64,000 nt of DNA, from the NCBI GenBank assembly GCA_947477565.1, contig CANJUR010000001.1:27996-91995 (forward strand), written 5' to 3'. The translations under genes and the position numbers were made by a program. Below are positions 7,220 through 16,407 of this stretch, piece by piece. The DNA is from Deltaproteobacteria bacterium. GTDB lineage: Bacteria; Myxococcota_A; Polyangia; Polyangiales; Ga0077539. Under the pieces are notes generated by a model. That model saw only the letters and a program-made list of their open reading frames with translations, did no database searches and was not told the origin of the DNA. Positions within the stretch are counted from its first letter, which is position 1; the number at the start of each line of letters is the position of its first letter.

Positions 7220-9757
7220 TCACCGCCCTTCGGATGCACTTCGACCCGCGAAACGTTCGGCGCCCTCGCGCCCCCACCATTCCAGGTACCGCTGTTGGGC
7301 CCGCTCGCGCTCGCGCCGCGGGAGGTTGTAGTAATACCCAAAGAACTGCCCTGTAAGCTTCTTCAGCTCCTCGCTGGCCTCGTGACGGAGCGCTCCATCG
7401 ACGTGCAGCAACGAGTCGATCAGCCATTCCACGCGGTGGTGCTTCGACGCCTCGCCCCACCAGTCGGTCCAGTGTTGCGCCGTCGTTCCGAAATCCTGCC
7501 GGGCGATCAGAACGAGCGCCCGCTGCGCCGCGAGCGCCAATGGCCCATCGCGGTCGGACAGGGCCGCCATGAGCACCGGTACTGCATCGGCGTCGCGCAG
7601 TTCGCCCAGCGCCAGCGCCGCTCGCCGCCGGATGAGGGCCGAGTCTCGTGGCTCGCGCAGCGCCGTGCGAAGCGTGGCCCCGACCGCGACGAATTCAGGG
7701 AAGCGACGGTGTGCCCGCAGCACCTCCAACACCGCGGGAAGGAGCGTCTCGTCGTCCCCAAGCACCATGGCGGTCAGCGCAGGCAGCGCTGAGGGGTGCG
7801 CGACCTTGTGGAGACATAGCAGCGCGCAGAAGCGTCGGTCTGCGTCGTCGCTGGCGAGAGCCCCAAGCAGCGCCGGCACCGCCGACGGACCAAACAGCAG
7901 CGCCAACCGCAACAGCGGTCCGCTGTCCTGCATCGGAGGCATCTTCGTAAACGGCGCTGTACGGGTGAGCGTATGCGGCCCGGGAAAGAAGCGAAAAACC
8001 GCTGCGAGGGCGCGATCACCCATGCCGAGCAGCGTCGCGGCGGTGCGCTCGGGGAGCGTCCCGCTCCGGGCGACTTCTTCCACGAGACGGTCAGCCTCGG
8101 CGTCGCCACGATCGGTGGGCCGGGGCTTCACTCTGGGCTGTGCCGGGGTTGCCGCTGCGACCGACAGATTGCGGCTCGCGACCCCTGCGAACACCGCCGA
8201 GCGAAGGGCCGCTGCGCGAGCTTCGCGGTCGGGTCCGACCATCCGCGAAGGCCGAGGCATCGGCGGGAGCGTCGGCTCACGCGGAACCACATTGGGCACC
8301 GGGGCGCTCGACCGCTTGCGCTCGACGATCAGCCGCGCAAACGCCGAGGCGCAATCCTCGGCGAACAGCCCGAGGGCTCGCAGATCAAGCGGCGTGATGG
8401 CATCGGCTCCGAGGTCGGCCCAGAGCAGGAGCGTCACCCGCCCGCGTAACGTCAACGGAACCACCGCGGCCTCGGGCACCATCGGCCGTCCGAGGCGCAC
8501 GGCAAACTCGCCCTCCGGCGTGCCCAGCAACTTCACGATGGCCGGCTCACGGGTGTTCTTCACGGCCGCGACCGCGGGCAGCGATTGCATCGACAGCGTC
8601 GTTGCGCGGAGCGCTGCGCCCTCGACTCCCTCGCCGCGAGCCGCGAGCCCCTCCAGCGCGTCGCCGTGGACGACACAGAGCGCGGCGTACTTCCAGTTTT
8701 CAAGGACGTGCGAGAGCAACGCGTCGATGACCTCCTCGCGATCCTTCGCGGCGACGAGCCGACGCTGCGCCTCGGTGAGGTGATCGAGCGGCGGCAGCGC
8801 AGCGCCCATCCGACGCACAGCGTCCCCGATGGGCGCTTCCGGCAGCGGACGCGTCGCCGGCGGCGGCGAAGAACGCGGCATCGTCCCGGGGACTGTTGTG
8901 CGCTGGTGAGGATCCTCGACGAACCTGGGCGGAGGAATCGACGGCCGGGTGCCCGGCGGCTTTTGACTATAGGGGTCTGTCCAAACCGATACCGGCGTCA
9001 CCTCAACGGCTGGCGGCTCCATCGCGGCGAGCGTTTTTGTAACGTGAGGCGACGGATCTGCCGGGGTGGTCTGCGCGCCGACGGGATGCTCTTCGTCGTC
9101 ATCATCATCGTCATCGAGCATCGCGGCGAGTGCAGCAAACGCGGAATTGGCGGCCTTCGACGGGGGTGCGACGGATGGGGGCGCGGACGGGACGGAGGGC
9201 CGTGGGCTCGGGAGGGTAATCGTCGGGGACGGACCCGCTGCGAGGCTGTTGAGCCGCTCGGCTAGACGCAGGAACCGCGGCGACAATGGCTGCTGGTAAT
9301 ACCGCCAGAGTGCCCACGCGAGGCGAAACGACGTCACCGCGCGCACCTCCACCGGTAGCCCCGCGGAACTCTCGAGCGCCCGGCGGGCGCTGGCGTCGAG
9401 GTTCTCTGCCGCGACCACGACGAGCTTTCCTCCCAACACCGCGAGCGGGACGACTTGATACCGCGCCGCAAGTTCGCGTGGGAGACGAGTCACCGCCGTG
9501 ACATCGGCCGCGAGCACCTCGTCCCGTGCGGCTGGCGGTAGCCCCAGCAGCGCAGCGCAGTAGCCGGACAGGGTGTCCTCGCCGAGGGCATCGACCTCAA
9601 GGAGGTTCGTCTCGAAGTCGCCCCCGGAGATGACCTGACGCTGGATCGCTGCGTCGATTTTTCTCGGCGAAACGACCTGATCGTGGGTGAGAAGCGCGGA
9701 GAGTAGGGACATCGTCAGCGGCTCGCGTTCGCCCGTCAGCGACGCGGGGTTTTTCAA
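7220..9757 (-). CDS. Multidomain protein: N-terminal T2SSE_N (GspE/MshE N-terminal-like) domain, Pro-rich and poly-Asp linker, GAF-like middle region, C-terminal HEAT (PBS-lyase-type) repeats
   Basis: N-terminus is LLSALLTHDQVVSPRKIDAAIQRQ...RLPRELAARYQVVPLAVLGGKLVVVAAENLD. The linker contains DDDDDDDEE. The middle has a GAF-like block ...AAVVPLTLRGRVTLLLWADLG. The C-terminus has repeated LPALTAMVLGDD.../AVPVLMAALSDRD... units. The start may instead be MSLLSALL at 9712. Confidence 0.6.
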   Translation of the reverse strand: MKNPASLTGEREPLTMSLLSALLTHDQVVSPRKIDAAIQRQVISGGDFETNLLEVDALGEDTLSGYCAALLGLPPAARDEVLAADVTAVTRLPRELAARYQVVPLAVLGGKLVVVAAENLDASARRALESSAGLPVEVRAVTSFRLAWALWRYYQQPLSPRFLRLAERLNSLAAGPSPTITLPSPRPSVPSAPPSVAPPSKAANSAFAALAAMLDDDDDDDEEHPVGAQTTPADPSPHVTKTLAAMEPPAVEVTPVSVWTDPYSQKPPGTRPSIPPPRFVEDPHQRTTVPGTMPRSSPPPATRPLPEAPIGDAVRRMGAALPPLDHLTEAQRRLVAAKDREEVIDALLSHVLENWKYAALCVVHGDALEGLAARGEGVEGAALRATTLSMQSLPAVAAVKNTREPAIVKLLGTPEGEFAVRLGRPMVPEAAVVPLTLRGRVTLLLWADLGADAITPLDLRALGLFAEDCASAFARLIVERKRSSAPVPNVVPREPTLPPMPRPSRMVGPDREARAAALRSAVFAGVASRNLSVAAATPAQPRVKPRPTDRGDAEADRLVEEVARSGTLPERTAATLLGMGDRALAAVFRFFPGPHTLTRTAPFTKMPPMQDSGPLLRLALLFGPSAVPALLGALASDDADRRFCALLCLHKVAHPSALPALTAMVLGDDETLLPAVLEVLRAHRRFPEFVAVGATLRTALREPRDSALIRRRAALALGELRDADAVPVLMAALSDRDGPLALAAQRALVLIARQDFGTTAQHWTDWWGEASKHHRVEWLIDSLLHVDGALRHEASEELKKLTGQFFGYYYNLPRRERERAQQRYLEWWGREGAERFAGRSASEGR

Positions 9758-9790
9758 CGATCGCGTATGCGCTAGAGCTCTGTCAACGCA

Positions 9791-10558
9791 TCATCGCGTT
9801 GGCCCGTCGAGATCACCCCGAAGCACCGAGAGCGCGGTGAGAAACGCCGCTGCGGTGGTTTCTGCCCGCAGGATTCTCGGCCCCAGCGTCACCGGCGCGA
9901 ACCCCGCCGCCAGCGCCGCCTCGACTTCCGCGGACTCGAACCCTCCTTCGGGCCCCGCCAGGACCTCGAAGGGCCGCCCCTCGGCGGTGCCCTCGACCGC
10001 CGCGCGCAGCGATGCCGTCGCGCCTTCCCAGGCGGTCAGCCGCACGGGCGACCCGATCGCGAGCCCCCCCGCGACTGCACACAGGGCCACCAGCGTCTGC
10101 GGCGCCTCGATGACTGGCACGTCGGCGCGACCGCACTGCCGGCTGGCCTCTTCGGCGATGCGCTCCCAGCGCAACCGCCGCGACGCCCACCGCTCGGGCT
10201 GCTCTCGCGGAATCGACCTCGACGTAAACATCGGAACGATCACCGCGACGCCCAACTCCGTCGCCTGCCGCACGATGAGGTCCATCTTGTCGCCCTTCGG
10301 CACCCCTTGGATCCATCGTACCCGCGCCCGGTCGGCGCCCACTCCCACGACCGCCGGACCCGTCCATCCGAGGAGCACATCGCCCCGGCCGAGGCGTAAG
10401 ACCTCCGCCGGGCGCTCGCGCCCGATCCCGTCGAAGGCCGTCACGCGATCGCCGACCCTCACCCGCGTCACGCGCACAAGATGGTGCCCGCGATCGCCGT
10501 CAACCACGAGCGCCGTCGCAGCCAGTGCGGCCGGATCGACCCACACGCGCTCGCTCAC
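9791..10558 (-). CDS. rsmE: 16S rRNA (uracil1498-N3)-methyltransferase RsmE
   Basis: 255 aa; HHLVRVTRVRVGD PUA-like N-terminus; C-terminal EGGFESAEVEAALAAGFAPVTLGPRILRAETAA. Has a 4-nt overlap with prmA. Confidence 0.85.
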   Translation of the reverse strand: MSERVWVDPAALAATALVVDGDRGHHLVRVTRVRVGDRVTAFDGIGRERPAEVLRLGRGDVLLGWTGPAVVGVGADRARVRWIQGVPKGDKMDLIVRQATELGVAVIVPMFTSRSIPREQPERWASRRLRWERIAEEASRQCGRADVPVIEAPQTLVALCAVAGGLAIGSPVRLTAWEGATASLRAAVEGTAEGRPFEVLAGPEGGFESAEVEAALAAGFAPVTLGPRILRAETTAAAFLTALSVLRGDLDGPTR

Positions 10559-11415
10559 GGCCGATGGAATTCCATCGCGATCCAGTCGCCCTCGCCGGTC
10601 ACTTCGGCGAGCGCCATGCCTTGCGCGAGGTACGCCTCGGTGAGCAGCGCACGCTGCGTGGCGAGGATGCCGGAGAGGATGAGCACGCCCGTCGGAGCGA
10701 CCCTCTCGACGACGGCCGCGGCATAGGGGACGAGAACGCTGGCCTCGATGTTTGCGACGACCAGCGTCGATGTCTCCGGGACCACGTCGAAGCCGCCCAC
10801 TCGCAAGTCGATGCGCTCAGCGAACCCGAGCATGGTGGCGTTCTCGACGGCACTCTCCACGGACTCGCGATCGATGTCGCACGCGATCGCGCGGGGTAAC
10901 CCATGAAGCACCGCGACGAAGGCGAGGATGCCAGAGCCGCAGCCCAGATCGAGCAGGAGGTGATGACGACCGGCGAGCGTCTCGCGCTCGACTCCCTGCG
11001 CCGCCAGGGTGGTCGATGGGTGCTGCCCGGTGCCGAAGGCGCGCCCTGGATCGAAGCGCATCAAGAGGTCACCGGGCAGCGGCTCGTATTCGGTCCAGGA
11101 GGGCACGACCACCACCCGCGAAGTGATTCGGGTCGGTTTCCAGTGTTCCTTCCAGCCGTCGCGCCAGGCGTCACCGATGACGAACTCAAGCCGCGCCTCG
11201 ACCGACGGACCGAGGCTGGCCAGCGCCTCGCGCGCCAAGGACTCGTCGCTGAAGCTCGCCACCAGGGTGACCCCGCGGGCGCCGCCCTTCTGCAGCGTCG
11301 TCCCATCGCGCTCCTCGATGCACTCGGCGCCAGCCATGCTCAAAAGGCCGACCAGGGCGTCGGACTCGGAGGGTTCGGTCTCAACGATCACCAGCGGAAA
11401 ATTGGGTTCGCTCAT
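10555..11415 (-). CDS. prmA: Ribosomal protein L11 methyltransferase PrmA
   Basis: FDPGRAFGTGQHPSTTL and SAM motif LLDLGCGSGILA; 286 aa; classic prmA-rsmE pairing. Confidence 0.9.
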   Translation of the reverse strand: MSEPNFPLVIVETEPSESDALVGLLSMAGAECIEERDGTTLQKGGARGVTLVASFSDESLAREALASLGPSVEARLEFVIGDAWRDGWKEHWKPTRITSRVVVVPSWTEYEPLPGDLLMRFDPGRAFGTGQHPSTTLAAQGVERETLAGRHHLLLDLGCGSGILAFVAVLHGLPRAIACDIDRESVESAVENATMLGFAERIDLRVGGFDVVPETSTLVVANIEASVLVPYAAAVVERVAPTGVLILSGILATQRALLTEAYLAQGMALAEVTGEGDWIAMEFHRP

Positions 11416-11513
11416 CGCGGCGGAACCCTAGTCGCCGTCGGTCGCGCGTCGCAAGCCGCGCCTGCCACGGATCGTTCGCTCCCCATCGTGAACCGGGATA
11501 AGGTCCGGCGACC

Positions 11514-13940
11514 ATGATCGGCGACCCAGCGGAAATCCCGATCCCTGAGGCTTTGCGCACGCAATACCGGGTGAGCTTCATTCGCTTCCAGAGCCCGACC
11601 GCGGCGCTCTTCGAGGGTGTTGACCCGGAGCACGGAAGCACCGTTCTCGTGAAGGTGATGCGCCCTGATCCGACCGCCTCGCCGGCCGACCGGCAGCGCG
11701 TGCGGCGCGAACTCCAGAAGCTCGTTCAACTGCGCCACCCTGCCCTCGTCCCCATCCTCGATCTCGGCGAAGAAGACGGCCTCCACTGGATCATTCGCCC
11801 CTTCGTCGTTGGCGAAACTCTCTCGGAGCGCATCGCGTCGCGCGGTCGGCTCTCGCCGGTCGAGGCCGCCACCCTTGGTTTGCACCTCGCCGCGGGCCTC
11901 GGAGAGCTGCACCGCCATGGTTTGCTTCACCGCGACCTCCGCCCTGGACACGTTCTGCTTGGACAAGACGGCGGCGTGTATCTGATCGACGCCGGGCTTG
12001 GCCGCACGCTGGTCTCCCCCAATGGCCGCGCGCTCGTCGGCTGCCCGGGCTACGCCGCACCGGAGGCGATTCTCGGTCGGCTCATGAGCTTCCGTTCCGA
12101 CCTCTACGGCCTCGGAGCCGTGCTGTACGAGGGACTCTCCGGCATGCCGCCGTACATGGCGCTCGACCCGCAACGCATGATGCAGCTTCAGTGCGAAGCC
12201 GACCCCGAACCGCTCGACGCGTCGTTGCCGCCGGAGCTCACTCGGCTGGTCTCGACGTTGCTGGCCCGCGATCCACGCGAGCGTCCGATGAGCGCCCAGA
12301 TCGTCGAGCGGCAGCTTGAGCCAATGGTGTTCTCGATCTCTCCGGCCGGGCCGGAGGAAGAAAACGAACCAGGCGAACGAACCCTGATGACCGACTCGGC
12401 CGAAGGGTTTGTCAGCCCCGCAGGGCTCGTTTACGAAGCACCGGCACCGCAGATCACCGCGGCTCCACCCGTATTTCGGGTTCCAACTCCTGCACCGGCG
12501 GCGTTGATCCGGGGGCCAGTCAGCGCTCCGGCTCCGGTCTTCAAGCAAACGATGATGGGCACGTCGCCGAACCTTCCAGCAGGGAGACCTGGGCAGAGCG
12601 CCCGCGAATCGCATCGCTCGACGCCCGACGCACTCCCCCGAGAAGCGCTCGACTTCGAGGATGTCGTTGACACCCACCTGAACGAAGTTTCGCGGGTGTT
12701 CGGAATTCCATCGAACGCACGGGTAGCGGGCGGCAGCGCGATTATCCCGCTAGCGCCTGAGACGGATCCTGAGAGCGCTCCTCACATGGCTCCGCCGACG
12801 TATCAGCAGACACCGGTGGGGGCAGCACCGATGGCCTCGGGAGGGTTTCCTCAGCAGGGACAACATTCTCCTCCGAGTCCGCAGTTTGAGTCTCCCGCAA
12901 GCCACACCGTTGCGATGGACGCGCGCCCTGCGGCGTTCCTGAACTACGGGCAGCCAGGGCAACCCATGCAGGGACAACCCATGCAGGGGCAACCACACTG
13001 GTCGCCGTATGGCCCGGGCCCGGGCGGACCGGGACTCAGCCCGATGTCGGCCCCGATCGCCGCGCCGCCGAAATCAAGTGCGCTCGGACTGCTCGTGGGG
13101 CTCATTGGACTTGTGGCCGTCGCGGGCGGTGGTGGCTACCTCGCTGCGCGCGCCCGACGTGCGCACAACCCCACGACCCCGGCACTCTCGGTTACGCCAG
13201 AGAGCCCGCTCGTACAGCTGCCCATGCCCGTGGAGCCGTCAGCGTCCTCCGATGCCGAAACGTTGCTCGTCGCGACGGATGTCCCCTCGTCGGCCCAACC
13301 CGACCTGCCCCCTGTGGTCGTCGCCTCCCCAGAGGTGGTGCCCGCGATCCCCCTGCCTATCCCGGTTCCTGTGCGTGCCGATGCAGGAACCGTCGCACCA
13401 TCTCCGCGGCCCGCACCCGTCGCGCGCGTCCACCCTGTGGCGCACGTCACTCCCCCGCGGCCCGTCGTGTCATCCCCGCGGCCCGTCGTGTCATCCCCGC
13501 GGCCCGCGCCCGTCGCGCGCGGCAACTCGGTGGCGCACGTCACTCCCCCGCGGCCCGTCGCAGCCGCGCGGCCGACAGCGACCGGAGATGCTGGGGTGGC
13601 CGTTACCCCGCTCACCGACGCGATTCGTCGGCAGGACTGGACCGCGGCCCGGCGACTCCTCGCCGATCAGCTCCGCGCGCACCCAAACGACGCCGCGGCG
13701 CACGCTCAACTCGGGTACGTCCTCGATCGACTGGGGGACTCCTCCGGGGCGCTCGCGGAGTATCGCTCGGCCACCCGGCTCGATCGACGCAATACCCGCT
13801 ACTTCCATCGCCTCGCGGACCTCCAGGTCGCCACCGGCGATCGGGCGGGTGCCATCGCGACGCTCCAGCAGATCCTCCGGATCAACCCCGCGGAGCCCGC
13901 GGCCCGAGCGAGGCTCGATCAACTCCAGGGTGCACACTGA
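11514..13940 (+). CDS. Ser/Thr protein-kinase-fold protein (degenerate catalytic motifs) with a Pro-rich region, one TM segment and C-terminal TPR repeats
   Basis: Hanks subdomains are recognisable (VLVKV, RRELQKLVQLRHPALV, HRDLRPGHVLL, IDAGLG, GYAAPEA, DLYGLGAVLYE). A hydrophobic stretch follows (ALGLLVGLIGLVAVAGGGGYL). C-terminal TPR-like units: AAAHAQLGYVLDRLGD..ALAEYRSATRLDRRN..YFHRLADL. Confidence 0.8.
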   Translation: MIGDPAEIPIPEALRTQYRVSFIRFQSPTAALFEGVDPEHGSTVLVKVMRPDPTASPADRQRVRRELQKLVQLRHPALVPILDLGEEDGLHWIIRPFVVGETLSERIASRGRLSPVEAATLGLHLAAGLGELHRHGLLHRDLRPGHVLLGQDGGVYLIDAGLGRTLVSPNGRALVGCPGYAAPEAILGRLMSFRSDLYGLGAVLYEGLSGMPPYMALDPQRMMQLQCEADPEPLDASLPPELTRLVSTLLARDPRERPMSAQIVERQLEPMVFSISPAGPEEENEPGERTLMTDSAEGFVSPAGLVYEAPAPQITAAPPVFRVPTPAPAALIRGPVSAPAPVFKQTMMGTSPNLPAGRPGQSARESHRSTPDALPREALDFEDVVDTHLNEVSRVFGIPSNARVAGGSAIIPLAPETDPESAPHMAPPTYQQTPVGAAPMASGGFPQQGQHSPPSPQFESPASHTVAMDARPAAFLNYGQPGQPMQGQPMQGQPHWSPYGPGPGGPGLSPMSAPIAAPPKSSALGLLVGLIGLVAVAGGGGYLAARARRAHNPTTPALSVTPESPLVQLPMPVEPSASSDAETLLVATDVPSSAQPDLPPVVVASPEVVPAIPLPIPVPVRADAGTVAPSPRPAPVARVHPVAHVTPPRPVVSSPRPVVSSPRPAPVARGNSVAHVTPPRPVAAARPTATGDAGVAVTPLTDAIRRQDWTAARRLLADQLRAHPNDAAAHAQLGYVLDRLGDSSGALAEYRSATRLDRRNTRYFHRLADLQVATGDRAGAIATLQQILRINPAEPAARARLDQLQGAH
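13404..13560 (+). repeat. Nested in-frame duplication (two 64-nt copies with a 93-nt period, plus a 21-bp x2 tandem) inside the kinase-like gene
   Basis: The 64-nt copies at 13404-13467 and 13497-13560 are nearly identical (ccgcggcccgc[a/g]cccgtcgcgcgcg...gtggcgcacgtcactcccccgcggcccgtcg). ccgcggcccgtcgtgtcatcc occurs twice (13455-13475, 13476-13496). Encodes PRPAPVARVHPVAHVTPPRPVVSSPRPVVSSPRPAPVARGNSVAHVTPPRPV. Confidence 0.85.
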
Positions 13941-13987
13941 CGTCTTGGTGCTTCGCAGGCGGAGCCCGCCGGGGCTACGATGAGTCC

Positions 13988-14863
13988 ATGCGTATGTATC
14001 GATCGGTCCGGTTCTTCGTGGTGGCGGGCGCCCTGTCACTCGGCTGCTCGTCGAGTTCACCCGAACCGATGGTGGACGCAGGGTCTACAGACCTCGGCTC
14101 AACAGACACCGGCACCGTGACCGATCGCGGAACCGTCACCGATCAAGGCTCCCCGGATACCAGCAGCGCAGCGAACTGCGGCGGCACCCTCGGCGCGTGC
14201 AACGTGGTCACCAATGCGAACTGCGCCGCCGGGGAAGGCTGCTACGCGGGCCGCAACGCCGACGGTGGTGTCGGCGCGAGTTGCGCGTCTGCAGGCAGCC
14301 GCGGGTGGGGCGAGGCGTGCTCCTCCTCCAACGGTTGCCGAGAGGGGTTCGCGTGCCTCGGGACACCAGGATCCTGCGTGAAGCTCTGCTGTCAAAACGA
14401 CAACGCATCCTGCCGTGACTCGACGCGCGGCGGACGGCCCGGCGCGGTCTGCGCAGGCACGGTAACCGGCAGCGATATCCGCACATGCATGGAGATTTCC
14501 AGCTGCGATGTGTACGCCGCGAGCGGCAACCGCTGCCCGGTCGATCGGCCGCGCTGCGACATCATCGCCAGCGATGGGACGACCAACTGCTTTCCGCAGG
14601 AAGCCGGCGCCGCGCCGGGCGCCGAGGGCACCGTGTGTTGCACCAACAACCGCTGTCAGCCAGGGCTGGTTTGCGTCCCGCGCGACACGACGATGGGCGG
14701 CGTCGCGTGCGTGGCAGCGATGCCCAACCGGGTCTGCCGACGGGCGTGCAATCCCACCCTCACCGGCGCCGATGCGGGCGCCGTGTGTCCCGATGGTCAG
14801 GCCTGCTCCCTGCGCTTCAACGACACGCCGGAGACCTACGGCGCCTGCGCTCCAACGCCCTGA
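13988..14863 (+). CDS. Cys-rich secreted lipoprotein, function unknown
   Basis: Signal and lipobox MRMYRSVRFFVVAGALSLGC, a Ser/Thr/Asp-rich linker (TVTDRGTVTDQG), then many Cys in a Gly/Ala-rich mature part. High GC3. Confidence 0.6.
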   Translation: MRMYRSVRFFVVAGALSLGCSSSSPEPMVDAGSTDLGSTDTGTVTDRGTVTDQGSPDTSSAANCGGTLGACNVVTNANCAAGEGCYAGRNADGGVGASCASAGSRGWGEACSSSNGCREGFACLGTPGSCVKLCCQNDNASCRDSTRGGRPGAVCAGTVTGSDIRTCMEISSCDVYAASGNRCPVDRPRCDIIASDGTTNCFPQEAGAAPGAEGTVCCTNNRCQPGLVCVPRDTTMGGVACVAAMPNRVCRRACNPTLTGADAGAVCPDGQACSLRFNDTPETYGACAPTP

Positions 14864-16356
14864 GCAGAAGCGCGCGGCGGTTCCGTAGACGCCGCGCCAG
14901 AGTCGAGCCGACACCCGATGCGCGCCAGCGCAAGGCGGCGGCGAACAGCATCGGAGCCTGAGTCCGACGCGATCCACGCCACGACCGCGCCGCGCGGGGT
15001 CGCGCTGATCGCAAGGTCTACGATGCCCTCCGGGTCCACGGGGGCGACCCCGAGGTCCGCAAACCAGCGCATCGGAGCGCGGGGCGAAGCACTCCCGATC
15101 GACACCAGGCCGCGCGGATCGTCCGAGGGCGAGGCCCGCTCGCCGAGCACCAGCGCGCCGTTGGGGCTCCAGGCGATCAGCGGATCCCACATCGAGCCAG
15201 CGCTCCGACTCGCGTTCGGGCCCGCCGCGGGAAGCACAAGCACCTCGACAAGGCCACCTTCAGCACCCAGCGCCGGGGCCGACCGACGAGCGGTCAATCC
15301 CCAGGGCGAGACCGCCGGACCCCAGTAGCCAGGACCCGCCAGAACCCGCGTGCCGCGAGACAGATCTAGCGCGGGCGATCGCATCATACCTGGCAAGGTA
15401 TTCCTTGAAGTACTGAGGGTGATTCCCGCTTGTGTCCACACTCCCGCAGCGGCGCCGTCGGCGACCGTCCATGCTGCGATCAGGCCATCGCTCGTGACGG
15501 CGAGGCTCGCGCTGGGCTCGCCGCGGCCGTCGTCGCGCGCCTCGTGGGTTAACTCCAGAGGGGCGCGCACGGACCGACCATTACCGTCGAGAAACCAAAG
15601 GCTTTCGCGACGCGCAGGGGCGATCCCGGGCCCCGTCACCATGGACTCACCGAACACCACCGCAGTGCCCCCGGGCCAGGTCACCGGGGCAGCATCGATG
15701 TCCATCGCACCCGTCCCTTCGATGGCGCGGGGAGGGAAGAGCAGCCGACCGTTGACGCCGAAGCGGGTCAGTACAATCCCGCGGCCCGCGGGACCGCTCG
15801 CGTCATGGGCATCTCGCTCGTACGAGAGCACCGCGGCGTCGTTTTCGCGGAGCACCAGCGATGCGTCCGGCGCGAAGCCTGGTCCGTCCGACACGGTCGG
15901 AACCTCGCCCTCCCACTCGACCCACCGTGATGCCGGGAAGGAGAAGCCCTGTCGGCCCCGCAGCGGACGGCCGAGCGTGACCAGCGCCACGGAGCGCTCC
16001 CCACGGCTCGCCAGCGCCACCTGCAACGGAATCATCGAGCCAGTGTTGAGATCAACGAGACGGACCGGTCCGTCCATGGAGCAGGAGGTCCAGGGCGCCG
16101 GGAGCGCGTCCGGGGCGACTGGGAGCGACGCGCTGCCGTCGGCCACGGCGAGAGCGGTGCGCTCGAGAAGGAAGTCCTCGGTGGTCATGTCGCCAAATCG
16201 GGTGAGCCGCGCACCGACCATGTCGGTCACCCCGAGAGCCATGGACTCCACCAGCGGCGAGGGCTCCCTCGGGGCGTGCGGGCGCGTGGCCGGCTGCGCC
16301 GATACGATCGACGCAGCCAGCGCCGTAGTCGCAGTGGCGAGCGCGATCCGACGCAT
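14836..16356 (-). CDS. Secreted protein, function unknown
   Basis: Internal ATG (16356) of ORF 14836..17100 gives the signal peptide MRRIALATATTALAASIVSAQP. The upstream 248 codons of that ORF are antisense to the ABC-F gene and were rejected. Confidence 0.55.
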   Translation of the reverse strand: MRRIALATATTALAASIVSAQPATRPHAPREPSPLVESMALGVTDMVGARLTRFGDMTTEDFLLERTALAVADGSASLPVAPDALPAPWTSCSMDGPVRLVDLNTGSMIPLQVALASRGERSVALVTLGRPLRGRQGFSFPASRWVEWEGEVPTVSDGPGFAPDASLVLRENDAAVLSYERDAHDASGPAGRGIVLTRFGVNGRLLFPPRAIEGTGAMDIDAAPVTWPGGTAVVFGESMVTGPGIAPARRESLWFLDGNGRSVRAPLELTHEARDDGRGEPSASLAVTSDGLIAAWTVADGAAAGVWTQAGITLSTSRNTLPGMMRSPALDLSRGTRVLAGPGYWGPAVSPWGLTARRSAPALGAEGGLVEVLVLPAAGPNASRSAGSMWDPLIAWSPNGALVLGERASPSDDPRGLVSIGSASPRAPMRWFADLGVAPVDPEGIVDLAISATPRGAVVAWIASDSGSDAVRRRLALARIGCRLDSGAASTEPPRASAQGVGAQAP

Positions 16357-16407
16357 CTGAGCTGAGCCATTGGGCACCGTGCGAGATGCTCTGGCAACTA
16401 TCCAGCG

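Noticed and set aside
6449-7792. 447-aa plus-strand ORF overlapping the SDR and HEAT-protein genes
   Set aside because: It is Arg/Pro/Ala-rich low-complexity translation, antisense to genes with clear family motifs. This is a typical shadow ORF in very high-GC DNA.
7220-9757. Calling the T2SSE_N domain a c-di-GMP-binding MshEN receptor
   Set aside because: The key Arg and Gly positions of the MshEN motif are not conserved (SLLSALLTHDQVV), so binding cannot be claimed from sequence.
11412-12677. 421-aa minus-strand ORF antisense to the kinase-like gene
   Set aside because: No motifs and an Arg-rich composition. The plus strand carries recognisable Hanks kinase subdomains.
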